A stretch of 64,000 bases of DNA from a virus (IMGVR_UViG_3300021431_000089:47103-111102), one strand, 5' to 3'; counted from the stretch's first letter, positions 51,018 through 59,726 are shown. Notes: generated by a model from the letters alone, not told the origin. Program-made: numbers and translations.

Positions 51018-52181
51018 CTAGCACTGGCTTGCCGCCTTAATATCTGCACGAAGGCAAGCCTCAACATTGACATTGAACTTATCACTGAGCTTCTTAATAA
51101 TCCCGTTGATAGTTTCTTTTTCAACCATCCGACAATAGGAAATATTTCCCTGCAAGACCTGAAGATCGCCGAGTTCCCAAGCAATTCCATGCTCTCTGTC
51201 TTTCACATATGACGTAATTGCAGCTTTCAGTTCACGTTTCCGTTTGCTACCGACCGTGATCTGATTGTCTTTATTGAGCATTACGCCGAGATTCCAATTC
51301 TGCCCGGCGCTTGAACCATACCTTGTCTTCTCTGCATTCAACCGATACGGGGCTTCAAATTCTGCAAGAACCTTATTGATCTCAGATTCCACTTCCCTGT
51401 AATCGAAACCATACTCAGAAGACACGAGGAAATCATCAGCATATCTCGTATAAACCAAACGCTGTTTCTTAAACTGATGGAGACGCTTGTTCAGTTCGTG
51501 ATCGATCGGCATCATAACGATGTTCGTCAGTAACGGACTCAACTGTGTTCCCTGCGGCAGACCGCCGTCCAAAAACCCGAGCTCTATAGCTTTCATTAAT
51601 GCCGGTCTTCCGGCGGTGTCTTCCATAATCATGTTGAATGGGTAGATGATACTTAACTGTTTAACGACAAACTCAAAAGTCGTATTGCCAAAGAAGTTTG
51701 ACAAATCATACTTGCCAAACCAGCGACTTTTATTTGCCTGATGTCTTTTCACAGAGTCAATATGCGACCTGCGCTTTATGTAAGCAAACGCTGTAGTGTG
51801 ATACAGCGGAATATCGTAGCACTGTAAGATCCCCTTTAACTCTATCAGCGCATTGGAAAGCTGCTCATTCGGTGCATCGATTTTGCGATACCCGTGAGAT
51901 CTTTTGGGGATGTAGAATGTTCTATAAAGCCTGTGACGATCGCCATCAAACAGTTCTGCATATTTTCTATTGAACGACTGTAACAATCCGATCATCGTGT
52001 TGATGTCAACGCCAACCCTTTCGGACATTCTACGGGATATTTTATCCTTGTCGATACGATAAGTGATGGTGTTTGTTCCGTTGCGATTTGTGTAGTGGAA
52101 ATTTACTTTACCCGAGAACAACTCCTCAAGTGTCATTCTGTGAACGACATATTTAGGAGCCGGTGTTGCTACATAAATCAT
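51018..52181 (-). CDS. Retron-type reverse transcriptase (387 aa)
   Basis: YRTFYIPKRS.G.R.I.AP; AFAY; SVKRH (region X variant); DLSNFF; LPQGTQLSP.LTN; YTRYADD; N.EKT; NLGV (VTG variant). Start placed at 52181 by the GGAAAGGAG RBS. Confidence 0.9.
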   Translation of the reverse strand: MIYVATPAPKYVVHRMTLEELFSGKVNFHYTNRNGTNTITYRIDKDKISRRMSERVGVDINTMIGLLQSFNRKYAELFDGDRHRLYRTFYIPKRSHGYRKIDAPNEQLSNALIELKGILQCYDIPLYHTTAFAYIKRRSHIDSVKRHQANKSRWFGKYDLSNFFGNTTFEFVVKQLSIIYPFNMIMEDTAGRPALMKAIELGFLDGGLPQGTQLSPLLTNIVMMPIDHELNKRLHQFKKQRLVYTRYADDFLVSSEYGFDYREVESEINKVLAEFEAPYRLNAEKTRYGSSAGQNWNLGVMLNKDNQITVGSKRKRELKAAITSYVKDREHGIAWELGDLQVLQGNISYCRMVEKETINGIIKKLSDKFNVNVEACLRADIKAASQC

Positions 52182-52203
52182 GATCTTCTCCTTTCCATTC
52201 ATT

Positions 52204-52505
52204 AACCCAATCTCATTCATTTTCCTGCTGCGACTCGCCGAGTCGTCTGGCTTGATCCGCCGGAATTTCGCGGTTGCGAAGCTGGTCGAAATGCCTACCA
52301 AGGAATATCTGATATATAATTCTCTGATTTTTTATCTTGTTCGAGGGTGTTTGGTCGGCGTGCCGTCTTTTTCAGGAAGTTCAGCCCGTGCAGGCGCATG
52401 TTCCGGACATCCTCCAGGGCACATACCCGTCCTCCATCTTCGATCAAGTTGTTACTTTCGCTGACAGCAAAAGCCCTATATGAAATATAGAAATTGCATT
52501 GGGTT
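52204..52505 (-). ncRNA. Retron-like msr-msd unit 1 (directly upstream of RT)
   Basis: Terminal IR AACCCAAT (52204-11)/ATTGGGTT (52498-505); G at 52497 in TGCAATTT; hairpin CTATAT-TTC-ATATAG; core 52445-52474. Confidence 0.82.
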
Positions 52506-52534
52506 TTAAAAGGCTGGTAAACCAACCTTAAACA

Positions 52535-52756
52535 TTACTTATTCTGCTTTTCGGCAAGCGGAACACACTTCTGTAAAGCCATGATGACATCTTTCAGCTC
52601 ATCTGAACCGACAATCCAGATATGCTGATCGGGGCCGCATTCATCATTCGCGTCGCAGATGGCTACATCTCCATCCGCATACTGCAATACTGTCAGTGTT
52701 CTGCCAACACTTTTAGTTTTCAGAAATTCTGTTGCGTCAAGTCTAAAATCCATCAT
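52535..52756 (-). CDS. Hypothetical protein
   Basis: AGGAGG RBS. Confidence 0.55.
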   Translation of the reverse strand: MMDFRLDATEFLKTKSVGRTLTVLQYADGDVAICDANDECGPDQHIWIVGSDELKDVIMALQKCVPLAEKQNK

Positions 52757-52775
52757 TACCTCCTATTTGACTCAA

Positions 52776-53450
52776 TCAAAATGCATCCAGTGTGAAGTGA
52801 AAGCCATCTACAATGGCGAACTTTTTGATTTCACCATTCTTCACGAAGTTGATAAAGTTGTTCACGCCGAGGGCGCAAACAAGCCTGACTGTTGTGGCAA
52901 CACCAAGCGTTACACCACAGGCAGAAACCGGTGTGTCCACATCCGCCTCGTCGGCGGTAAAATCCATGGAGTTCAACAGGTTCTGTTTCATTGCGACATC
53001 GCTCCAGTCTGCGGCATAATGCTGTGCAACTTCGAGCTCTGTTCTGAAATCAAACACCGCTTTTACCATCGGTGAGTTGAAGTGCTTCTTGACGAAATCC
53101 CTGCGGACATCGATTGAATCTGGGCACAGGAATACATAACCCGTAAGAAGTTTCCCTGTCCATCCTTCGGGCTTCGTCTGTACCTTCTCACATTCCGGGT
53201 TAATCTCACACAGGATTTCCTTCAAGGCATCAACCTTCGGCATACCCACATGACGCTGGAAGAACATCTGGTTAACAATGTTCTTCGGTTCAACCTTGTC
53301 GAAATCGTAGAGAACCATATCGGTGACCCCACATCTTGCGAGATTCTCAGCCAGCACTGAGCCGACTGAGCCGCAACCGATGATATGTACTTTGCCTTTG
53401 ATACTTGCCGGATCGAAATACTCTCTTGACTTTGATAAATCCATCTCCAT
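52776..53450 (-). CDS. ThiF/E1-like adenylyltransferase
   Basis: GCGSVGS, DFDKVE.KN..NQ, G.PKV.A, D....R, C-terminal SACG Cys; start MEMD after an AGGAGG RBS. Confidence 0.88.
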   Translation of the reverse strand: MEMDLSKSREYFDPASIKGKVHIIGCGSVGSVLAENLARCGVTDMVLYDFDKVEPKNIVNQMFFQRHVGMPKVDALKEILCEINPECEKVQTKPEGWTGKLLTGYVFLCPDSIDVRRDFVKKHFNSPMVKAVFDFRTELEVAQHYAADWSDVAMKQNLLNSMDFTADEADVDTPVSACGVTLGVATTVRLVCALGVNNFINFVKNGEIKKFAIVDGFHFTLDAF

Positions 53451-53652
53451 GATCGTTCCTCCTTTATTTATGATCTTTGTTTTCTTTAAGGCGTTGCATC
53501 TCTTCAATAAACCTGTCGTAGAGATAGTCAAACTTCGCATTGCTGAATGGCGTAGAAGAGATACTTTCGAGCAACCCAAAAGCCATTTGAGCAAGACTCA
53601 CGGCGCTCTTCGCTGGTCTCTCAGACCAATGCTCTATCATTTGGCTATACCC

Positions 53653-54255
53653 TTACCGCAAAACCGCAGAGAGATCCCCTGCGGTTAAGCGATTGCTTTC
53701 TTCGATGATTTTTCTGAATTCCTCATCAGCCTTCACGCTTGCATCATGTGCCGCACGGAGCTTTGCAAGGTTCATCGCAACCACCGTGTCGTATTGCGGA
53801 ACACCCTGCATTGAACTCAAGATTCCGCTGAAGTCGCCCGGCTCCAGATGGTCTTCCTCTGTGAAAGGATCTTCAATGTCGAGCAGGGGGCACTGTTCTT
53901 CGCCGTCATTATCCTCGTCCTCTGATCCATCTTCGAAGAAACCGTCATTATCGAGATACTCAAGCAGTTCGTTCTTCATATATTCGAATTCCGAATCATC
54001 AATGCCGACCCAGTCTCCGTAGTCGTCACGGCGCCAGTATTCATAGGTGCCCTGATCAGCAAGAGAGTTCAGAGTATCCTTGATATCGTACCAAGAATCG
54101 TACGAAACCGTTTCAGAGAGCCAGTCATTGATATACTCATCGCGTGCTTCGTCACTGTAGATGCATTCAGCGTGGCCATCATAGTTGTTGTCGAAACAGA
54201 AGTTCAAAAAATCACTTACATCTTCGATGTTGTCGATAAATTCCTGTCGATACAT
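53653..54255 (-). CDS. Highly acidic hypothetical protein within the Ubl cassette
   Basis: D/E-rich; AAAGGAG RBS; EPGDFSGIL and AGDLSAVL motifs. Confidence 0.65.
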   Translation of the reverse strand: MYRQEFIDNIEDVSDFLNFCFDNNYDGHAECIYSDEARDEYINDWLSETVSYDSWYDIKDTLNSLADQGTYEYWRRDDYGDWVGIDDSEFEYMKNELLEYLDNDGFFEDGSEDEDNDGEEQCPLLDIEDPFTEEDHLEPGDFSGILSSMQGVPQYDTVVAMNLAKLRAAHDASVKADEEFRKIIEESNRLTAGDLSAVLR

Positions 54256-54278
54256 AAAATTCTCCTTTCGTTATTTAT

Positions 54279-55088
54279 TTAGTCTTCCCATTCGGGATAA
54301 TTTGCTGCATAAGATTTTCCTGTGCCGACACCGTAGTACCCATATCCACCGTAAGGTTCATAGGTCGGATACCCACGATGATCCACATATGTAACGCCGC
54401 CATAATTTGGCTGTTTGGCGGCGACCGGCTTCGGCTTGCTTACCTTGACCATATCCTCTGCATCCGAGATAAATTCCATAAGCCCATCCGGTCTCCACTT
54501 AATATCGACATCCTTGGATTCGTAGAGGACATTGTCCTCAAGATCGTAGATGTTCATCCAACAATCCCCCTTACGATTCCATATTGAGAAGATGTAGAAC
54601 TGATTCGGCATGCCCTTCTGCAGATCACCGAGCCAGTCCTCATACATGGTCTTATCAACACTGGATGGTGAGGCCGTCATGTCAACATGTGAATGCCCGT
54701 GGAATCTGATGTTGTTGAATTCCTCATCAGGTCTCTGATAGAGCCACATATCAAATTCCTCTTTGTTTGTGTTTACCGTAGACCCAGTGACTTCCTGGGG
54801 ATAAACCATGATCCCATAAACCTCATAGCGACTCGCATATTCCTCATTGGGCTCGACCTTGCGAGCGAGGCAGTGCCAGCCGACCTCTTTGTCGGTGCAC
54901 GCAATAAGCGTTTTCATCTTTGCGAACGTGTCGCCATCGAAAACGACCTCTGCCTTCTTATCGATTTTGCCGAGGTCTTTCTCAAATTTAAATTTCCCGT
55001 CAGCCGCCTTGATACTTGCCAGCTTCTTTTCAAACTCTTCGCGAAGCTCTTTAATTTCGGCCTCGCCGACCATGATCCTTTTAGCCAT
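54279..55088 (-). CDS. JAB/JAMM (MPN+) metallo-isopeptidase
   Basis: E (KEVGW)...H-S-H-x7-S-x2-D (HSHVDMTASPSSVD), an exact JAMM motif. Confidence 0.85.
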   Translation of the reverse strand: MAKRIMVGEAEIKELREEFEKKLASIKAADGKFKFEKDLGKIDKKAEVVFDGDTFAKMKTLIACTDKEVGWHCLARKVEPNEEYASRYEVYGIMVYPQEVTGSTVNTNKEEFDMWLYQRPDEEFNNIRFHGHSHVDMTASPSSVDKTMYEDWLGDLQKGMPNQFYIFSIWNRKGDCWMNIYDLEDNVLYESKDVDIKWRPDGLMEFISDAEDMVKVSKPKPVAAKQPNYGGVTYVDHRGYPTYEPYGGYGYYGVGTGKSYAANYPEWED

Positions 55089-55107
55089 TCGTTTTCCTCT
55101 CTTTCTT

Positions 55108-56628
55108 CTATTCTTCCTCGTCAAGATATTTCAGCGCTCCTTCGATTGTTACCTCGGAACCATCCGGCAGAACAATACACTTCCTTGTATTGTAATTCGA
55201 AGCCAGATCAGACACCAATTCTCTGGTGACTGTTGAATCGAAGAAGTTCATAGTAGCGTTAGATGCCACACACTGATCTACAACACCCATCCAGTTACCA
55301 TCTGTGATATACTGCATCATCGTTTTCGCATAATCTCCGATGCACCCATGGTGGTAGATATGAGGATTTGGGAAGTAATCCTCAAACCCTGTTGGATCTG
55401 ACACGCCACTCAGTGCATGAACCTCGACATCTCTGACGGAAATTCTGTACGGCGCACACACTTTCAAGCGGAGACTCTCATCAATGAAAATCGCCTTTAA
55501 CAGCTTCGCAATTTTGCCTTCGAGTTTTGTGCCCGCAGAAGCTGAATAAATGTACGATCTGCGATTATCGATCAGCTCCTGCAATTGATCCGAATCATAA
55601 TATTCGAATAACCCATGACACAGGATTTCCATGGTACCCGTGCCGAATTCACGCACGTCAACCGAATCATTGTTTCTGATATATTCGGCGAATTCACCCG
55701 TCTGAGTGTTTTCCACGGCGAGTTCCAAGCCAGCAATGTATACAAGCTTTTCATTTACAGATCGTGTATACCTTCCGATTTCATCCATATACTCCTGAAT
55801 TCGACGTCTGATATCTGAAACCTCAGACTGTGCACGATCAATCTGATTACGCTGTGCGGAGACAAGGAAATCCTTGAGCCTCGAATCGACGTATGTTTCT
55901 TCAAACCCGAGCTGATCGGCAAATTCCTTCAGTAAAGACAGGTATCCATCCTTGTCTACTGAGTTCAGCTTTTCGAGCAGATTCAAAGACTCTCTATCAA
56001 GAGAGATAGACCCATCTGAACCCGCCCAATACCAGGGCATCAGCATCGGGATAACCGCCTGCAACCAATGAAACTTCTGATTATTTAATCTCGATGTAAT
56101 AACCATCGAGATTCTTTTTTCAGCATCTGTGAAAGCATACACTCCGAACTTTACACCGAAGAAGTATGTGATACTCGGCTGGTACTCCAGTTTAATCGGA
56201 ATCTCTTCACCAGTCCGTGATGTTACCGTTCCGCAATCAAAAACCGTACCGGCTGGGAGAAGATTACCATCTGATTTATCAAGGCCAAGGAAATTTTCGA
56301 GACCCTGTTTCAATACATCTGGCGCAGATCCCGTTTCGATAAACTCGAGACAACTGTCTACGCTGTTGTCTCTGCATCGCGCATACAGTCTTCTTATGCG
56401 ATAAGGGATATTTGATTCCTCCACAGGAGAACCGGTCTGCACTCCGAGAACCCTAACCTGTTCCCCGGAAACCTTTTTGTACAGCAGAAACCTCAGAGTC
56501 GCCAAAAGCGATTCATCAGATGTTGATCTTTCATCCGACAATTCAATACCAAGCGGATGTTCGGTGTTGAAAAACCAGCCTGCGGCCGGTGTAGTCAACG
56601 CTGTGTAGTTAATCCTGTCATTCCACAT
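55108..56628 (-). CDS. Large protein with coiled coil and C-terminal prokaryotic E2-like domain
   Basis: FPNPHIYHHGCIGDY resembles the E2 HP(N/H)...CLG active site; lies between Ubl and JAB. Confidence 0.6.
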   Translation of the reverse strand: MWNDRINYTALTTPAAGWFFNTEHPLGIELSDERSTSDESLLATLRFLLYKKVSGEQVRVLGVQTGSPVEESNIPYRIRRLYARCRDNSVDSCLEFIETGSAPDVLKQGLENFLGLDKSDGNLLPAGTVFDCGTVTSRTGEEIPIKLEYQPSITYFFGVKFGVYAFTDAEKRISMVITSRLNNQKFHWLQAVIPMLMPWYWAGSDGSISLDRESLNLLEKLNSVDKDGYLSLLKEFADQLGFEETYVDSRLKDFLVSAQRNQIDRAQSEVSDIRRRIQEYMDEIGRYTRSVNEKLVYIAGLELAVENTQTGEFAEYIRNNDSVDVREFGTGTMEILCHGLFEYYDSDQLQELIDNRRSYIYSASAGTKLEGKIAKLLKAIFIDESLRLKVCAPYRISVRDVEVHALSGVSDPTGFEDYFPNPHIYHHGCIGDYAKTMMQYITDGNWMGVVDQCVASNATMNFFDSTVTRELVSDLASNYNTRKCIVLPDGSEVTIEGALKYLDEEE

Positions 56629-56663
56629 TGTTTTCTCCTTTCATGTGATCGTTCATAATTAAT

Positions 56664-56740
56664 TGGGGAGGAGGGGATTCGAACCCCTCGAGTGCCAAAA
56701 GAAAGGAAAACGATCATGAATTTTAATTATTTACTCCCCA
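56664..56740 (-). ncRNA. Second tRNA-like element (acceptor + T-arm; no D or anticodon arm)
   Basis: GGGGAG...AGGGG-TTCGAAT-CCCCT-CCTCCCC-A with an unstructured AT-rich middle. Confidence 0.5.
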
Positions 56741-56744
56741 TGAG

Positions 56745-56763
56745 AAAGGGGCCGAAGCCCCTA
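56745..56763 (-). terminator. Terminator-like cUUCGg hairpin
   Basis: AGGGGC-TTCG-GCCCCT-TTC on - strand. Confidence 0.6.
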
Positions 56764-56940
56764 CGGTTGGCGGGTGCCCTACTTTCAGACACCGGGATCA
56801 TTCCCATTGTTTTACACCGCGGGAGCGCCACGGAAGCGGGCCAACCACGTCCGCCTAGTTTGAGGATTTAATGGCCTGTCAAGCAGGCGTTATCCTCAGC
56901 CGATTCGGGTAATACCCTATCGACCACACCTTTTATAACA

Positions 56941-56960
56941 AGGGGTGCCGAAGCACCCCT
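56941..56960 (-). terminator. cUUCGg hairpin after the Ubl gene
   Basis: AGGGGTGC-TTCG-GCACCCCT-TGTT on - strand. Confidence 0.6.
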
Positions 56961-56974
56961 GTGTTACCTACCCG

Positions 56975-57220
56975 TTAGGCATTCTGTGAGTTCTTGACAG
57001 AAGCGAGATATGCACGTCCGGTGATACCAAGTTCACCGAATGTGTGATCCAGATCACCACGGGAACGCTTGACGGATGTTCCATTCAGTGTGAACATCTC
57101 TGTCTGGTCGAACACGACGCCCTCTTCAGCCGCCATTTCGATTGCCTTTGCCAGTGTTGTGTCCTCGGTGACCATCAGTGTTCTTCTATCAGTTGTATTT
57201 CCTACGATTGCCTGTAACAT
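56975..57220 (-). CDS. Ubiquitin-like (beta-grasp) protein
   Basis: 81 aa; beta-beta-alpha pattern (V...TTL....E; F.LNG....LD.TF.ELGI....L); ends -KNSQNA. Confidence 0.7.
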   Translation of the reverse strand: MLQAIVGNTTDRRTLMVTEDTTLAKAIEMAAEEGVVFDQTEMFTLNGTSVKRSRGDLDHTFGELGITGRAYLASVKNSQNA

Positions 57221-57292
57221 GTTGTACTCCTCTTACCCCTTAGGGGCGACTTTTCAAAAACCTGTTTTATGTATGCGACGATGATGAAACCC

Positions 57293-57376
57293 TATTCACT
57301 TTTCACGTAAAGCCAACTACTATTCAATTTTTAATATTCACTTTTCATGTAAGGCCAAAAAACTATTCACTTTTCA
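57293..57376 (-). repeat. Direct repeats TATTCACTTTTCA x3 upstream of the Ubl gene
   Basis: Three near-perfect copies and one partial; probable operator/promoter. Confidence 0.7.
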
Positions 57377-57397
57377 AAAGGGGCGCCGAAGCGCCCC
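57376..57397 (-). terminator. Rho-independent terminator
   Basis: GGGGCGC-TTCG-GCGCCCC-TTTT on - strand. Confidence 0.75.
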
Positions 57398-57413
57398 ACC
57401 CGGGATGGAACTC

Positions 57414-57809
57414 TTAGAGAACTTCGATCTTCTCCATCGCCTTTTCGACCTTCAGATCGATGGCTGTGAGGGAAGCCGGAATTGCATCTTCGATTTCCGC
57501 GAGCTTGGTGAGAGTGCCAGCGAAAGCCTCGGCGAGCTGCTTCTTAACCTCGTCGGCTGTGGTATCAGCACCGAAGCACATCTTGATTGTGGCAATCGCG
57601 TTGCCGTTCAGATCAGGCTTCGGAGAGAATTCCACGCCGTATGCGGAGATGTTACCCTCGCCGCTTCCGATAGCGACCGCGAAGACAGGATCACCCTCTT
57701 CGTCTTTGAGACAGAGGATTTCCGGGTCGAAGGACTGAACCTTCTTGATGTCGTCGAGCTTAGCGCTCACGAGTGTGGCCTGATGGCCGGAGATAACGAA
57801 TTTTGCCAT
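57414..57809 (-). CDS. Hypothetical protein
   Basis: AGGAGG RBS; own terminator. Confidence 0.7.
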   Translation of the reverse strand: MAKFVISGHQATLVSAKLDDIKKVQSFDPEILCLKDEEGDPVFAVAIGSGEGNISAYGVEFSPKPDLNGNAIATIKMCFGADTTADEVKKQLAEAFAGTLTKLAEIEDAIPASLTAIDLKVEKAMEKIEVL

Positions 57810-57920
57810 GTTTATTTTCCTCCTGTGGCTCTTCTGAACTTCAATAAGCCCAGATCAAAAGCCCCGAACACCTTAGTGGCACAACTGTGTACCATGTTCG
57901 GAGCTTCTCATACGGGTTTA

Positions 57921-58409
57921 TTAGATGGCGACTGGAAACCCCCACTTGAGGAGTATATCCTCTGCTGAAAGCCGCAGATCTTCACGCATATCCTCATAGA
58001 AAGGATCAAGAACTGATGCACCCGGGGAAATCTGTGCGATGAATTCATCGATAACGTCTCCATTTAAACCCGAGACACCGCTCGGTTCATAAGCAAGCTC
58101 GTCTTCGTCATCGAAGTCATCAAAATCATGTGGAATATCATCATCCACCGGCTCTGTCATATAGAAATCATATAAATATGTCAGCTCGTCTTCGAAACGC
58201 TGCTTTGACAAAACCGTTTCATCATATTCCGGTTCGCTATCGTCTCTTTTATCAAAGACCATAAGATGTGCGCCAGCACTTGAGGCGTCCAGCGTGATCC
58301 GATAGCGATCACTTTCTGCAATCGTGCGTCCTTGCTTCTGAAGCTCTGCAAATTTATTGCAGAACCCAGCCCATGCTTTATCGATGGGCAATTTGATTGT
58401 CGGCTCCAT
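57921..58409 (-). CDS. Acidic hypothetical protein
   Basis: D/E-rich ORF with RBS. Confidence 0.55.
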   Translation of the reverse strand: MEPTIKLPIDKAWAGFCNKFAELQKQGRTIAESDRYRITLDASSAGAHLMVFDKRDDSEPEYDETVLSKQRFEDELTYLYDFYMTEPVDDDIPHDFDDFDDEDELAYEPSGVSGLNGDVIDEFIAQISPGASVLDPFYEDMREDLRLSAEDILLKWGFPVAI

Positions 58410-58412
58410 CTT

Positions 58413-58679
58413 CTAAAACCTCTCCTTGAAAACTTTTGTAAATTTGAACACCGGAGTAATCCCTGCGCTCTTGATTACTACCTCACCCTGCGGAGAAACA
58501 AGTCTCCGTTTCTTTAAATGTTTGCAACTGAAAATCCCGAAATTATTGAGCACAATCCGGCCCCCATTCGAGACTTCCTCAGTGATAATATCGAGGGTTT
58601 CTTCAAAAACTCTCGATAGCAAGACCTGTGTCAAACCCGTTCTACGGGACAGCTCCTGCATGAATTCTTTTTTTGTCAT
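58413..58679 (-). CDS. HU/IHF-like DNA-binding protein
   Basis: MTKKEF..ELS..TGL.....I...V..G..I.L.NFG.F....K.R...P.G......P.FK. Confidence 0.8.
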   Translation of the reverse strand: MTKKEFMQELSRRTGLTQVLLSRVFEETLDIITEEVSNGGRIVLNNFGIFSCKHLKKRRLVSPQGEVVIKSAGITPVFKFTKVFKERF

Positions 58680-59322
58680 ACATCTCACCACCTCTCTGAT
58701 GGGCAAGCGAGAAGTTCACATTTCCTACCATGCTTTACGCGGTTAGCAAACTTCTGTGCTTCCCTGATTGTGTAAAAATCTCTTTCAAGAACCGTGCCGG
58801 TTTTCTTAATCAGATATTTAACTACGAACGGGGCCCGGCTCATTCCCGTGGCATATCTAGCTCTGCCGTTCATTTTCAATCTCCCATTCAACTACTGACA
58901 GGAGACACACAGGAACCCAGAAAAGCTCCCAAAGGAACCAGCGGAATAAACCCGTGTAGTCAACAGGGGTGGCAAGCACCATTAAAAAAGCGATGACTGC
59001 AATCACCGCACACAATTTCTTTTTCATTTGTCATTCTCCTTAGATGCTCACCCACGGCTGTGCTTCCAGAATTTCCTCAAGCGTATGCACGCTCAGATAA
59101 AAAGCCGGAATAACCTTGACGAGTGGATCTTTCTGATCGTCGGAATGGTACCAGACGTACCACGCCATGCCGTCGTCACTCAACGACATCGTCATGTGAG
59201 GTGCAAGATCAACTTCCCTTCTCTCAGATTTATAAACCTCACGCATTTTCTTATAGCTGTTCTCAATTGAGAACACCTTTTTAGCAATGCATTGATGATT
59301 ATTTTTCATCATCACCCTCCTG

Positions 59323-59353
59323 CATCAGTGGCGCAGGTGTGTACCCTGCCGCC
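59323..59353 (-). promoter_or_regulatory. Conserved leader hairpin (copy 1; copy 2 at 60322-60352)
   Basis: GCARG(G)-GTACACA-CYTGC-GCCACTGATG just before an RBS, with a compensatory stem change between copies. Confidence 0.5.
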
Positions 59354-59726
59354 TTCTGCGATATTCCCGTTATTCTTCGGGGAACAGCTCTCCTGTGTAA
59401 AACGGCTGTCCTACCTCATAAACCCTGATGACTTTCTGACCGACAGTCAACAGCCAATCTTCGGCGGTGTCGGGATCAACATCATCAGCGATGCATTCTG
59501 TTCTTCCGGTATCGAAGTTAAAACCGAAAACCGTGTAATACGTGTAATCGGTTTCCTCAACGTAGGTCGGATAAACCCCGTTGATTTCAAAGTGCTCAGT
59601 GATACACTGAGGTTCTGTGACCGGCACATTGATGTCGGGATTAAAAGACCCGTTTGATGCCGGCACGCATGCACTCATAAGGGCGAGTGCCGCCGCTATA
59701 AACTTTTCATTCATGATGTAAACCCC

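Noticed and set aside
51018-52181. RT as a diversity-generating retroelement or group II intron
   Set aside because: No TR/VR pair differing at adenines was found, and there is no Avd-like gene. The motif is PQG..LSP rather than the DGR G..SQ. There is no maturase/endonuclease domain or intron domain V. The upstream a1/a2 layout fits a retron.
52182-52301. 40-aa N-terminal extension of the RT in the ORF track (TTG start)
   Set aside because: It overlaps ncRNA unit 1, and a strong RBS sits directly before the ATG at 52181.
49709-52525. Short ORFs 49709-49900, 49724-49906, 52180-52464 and 52295-52525
   Set aside because: No convincing RBS or protein features; they overlie the structured msr-msd units.
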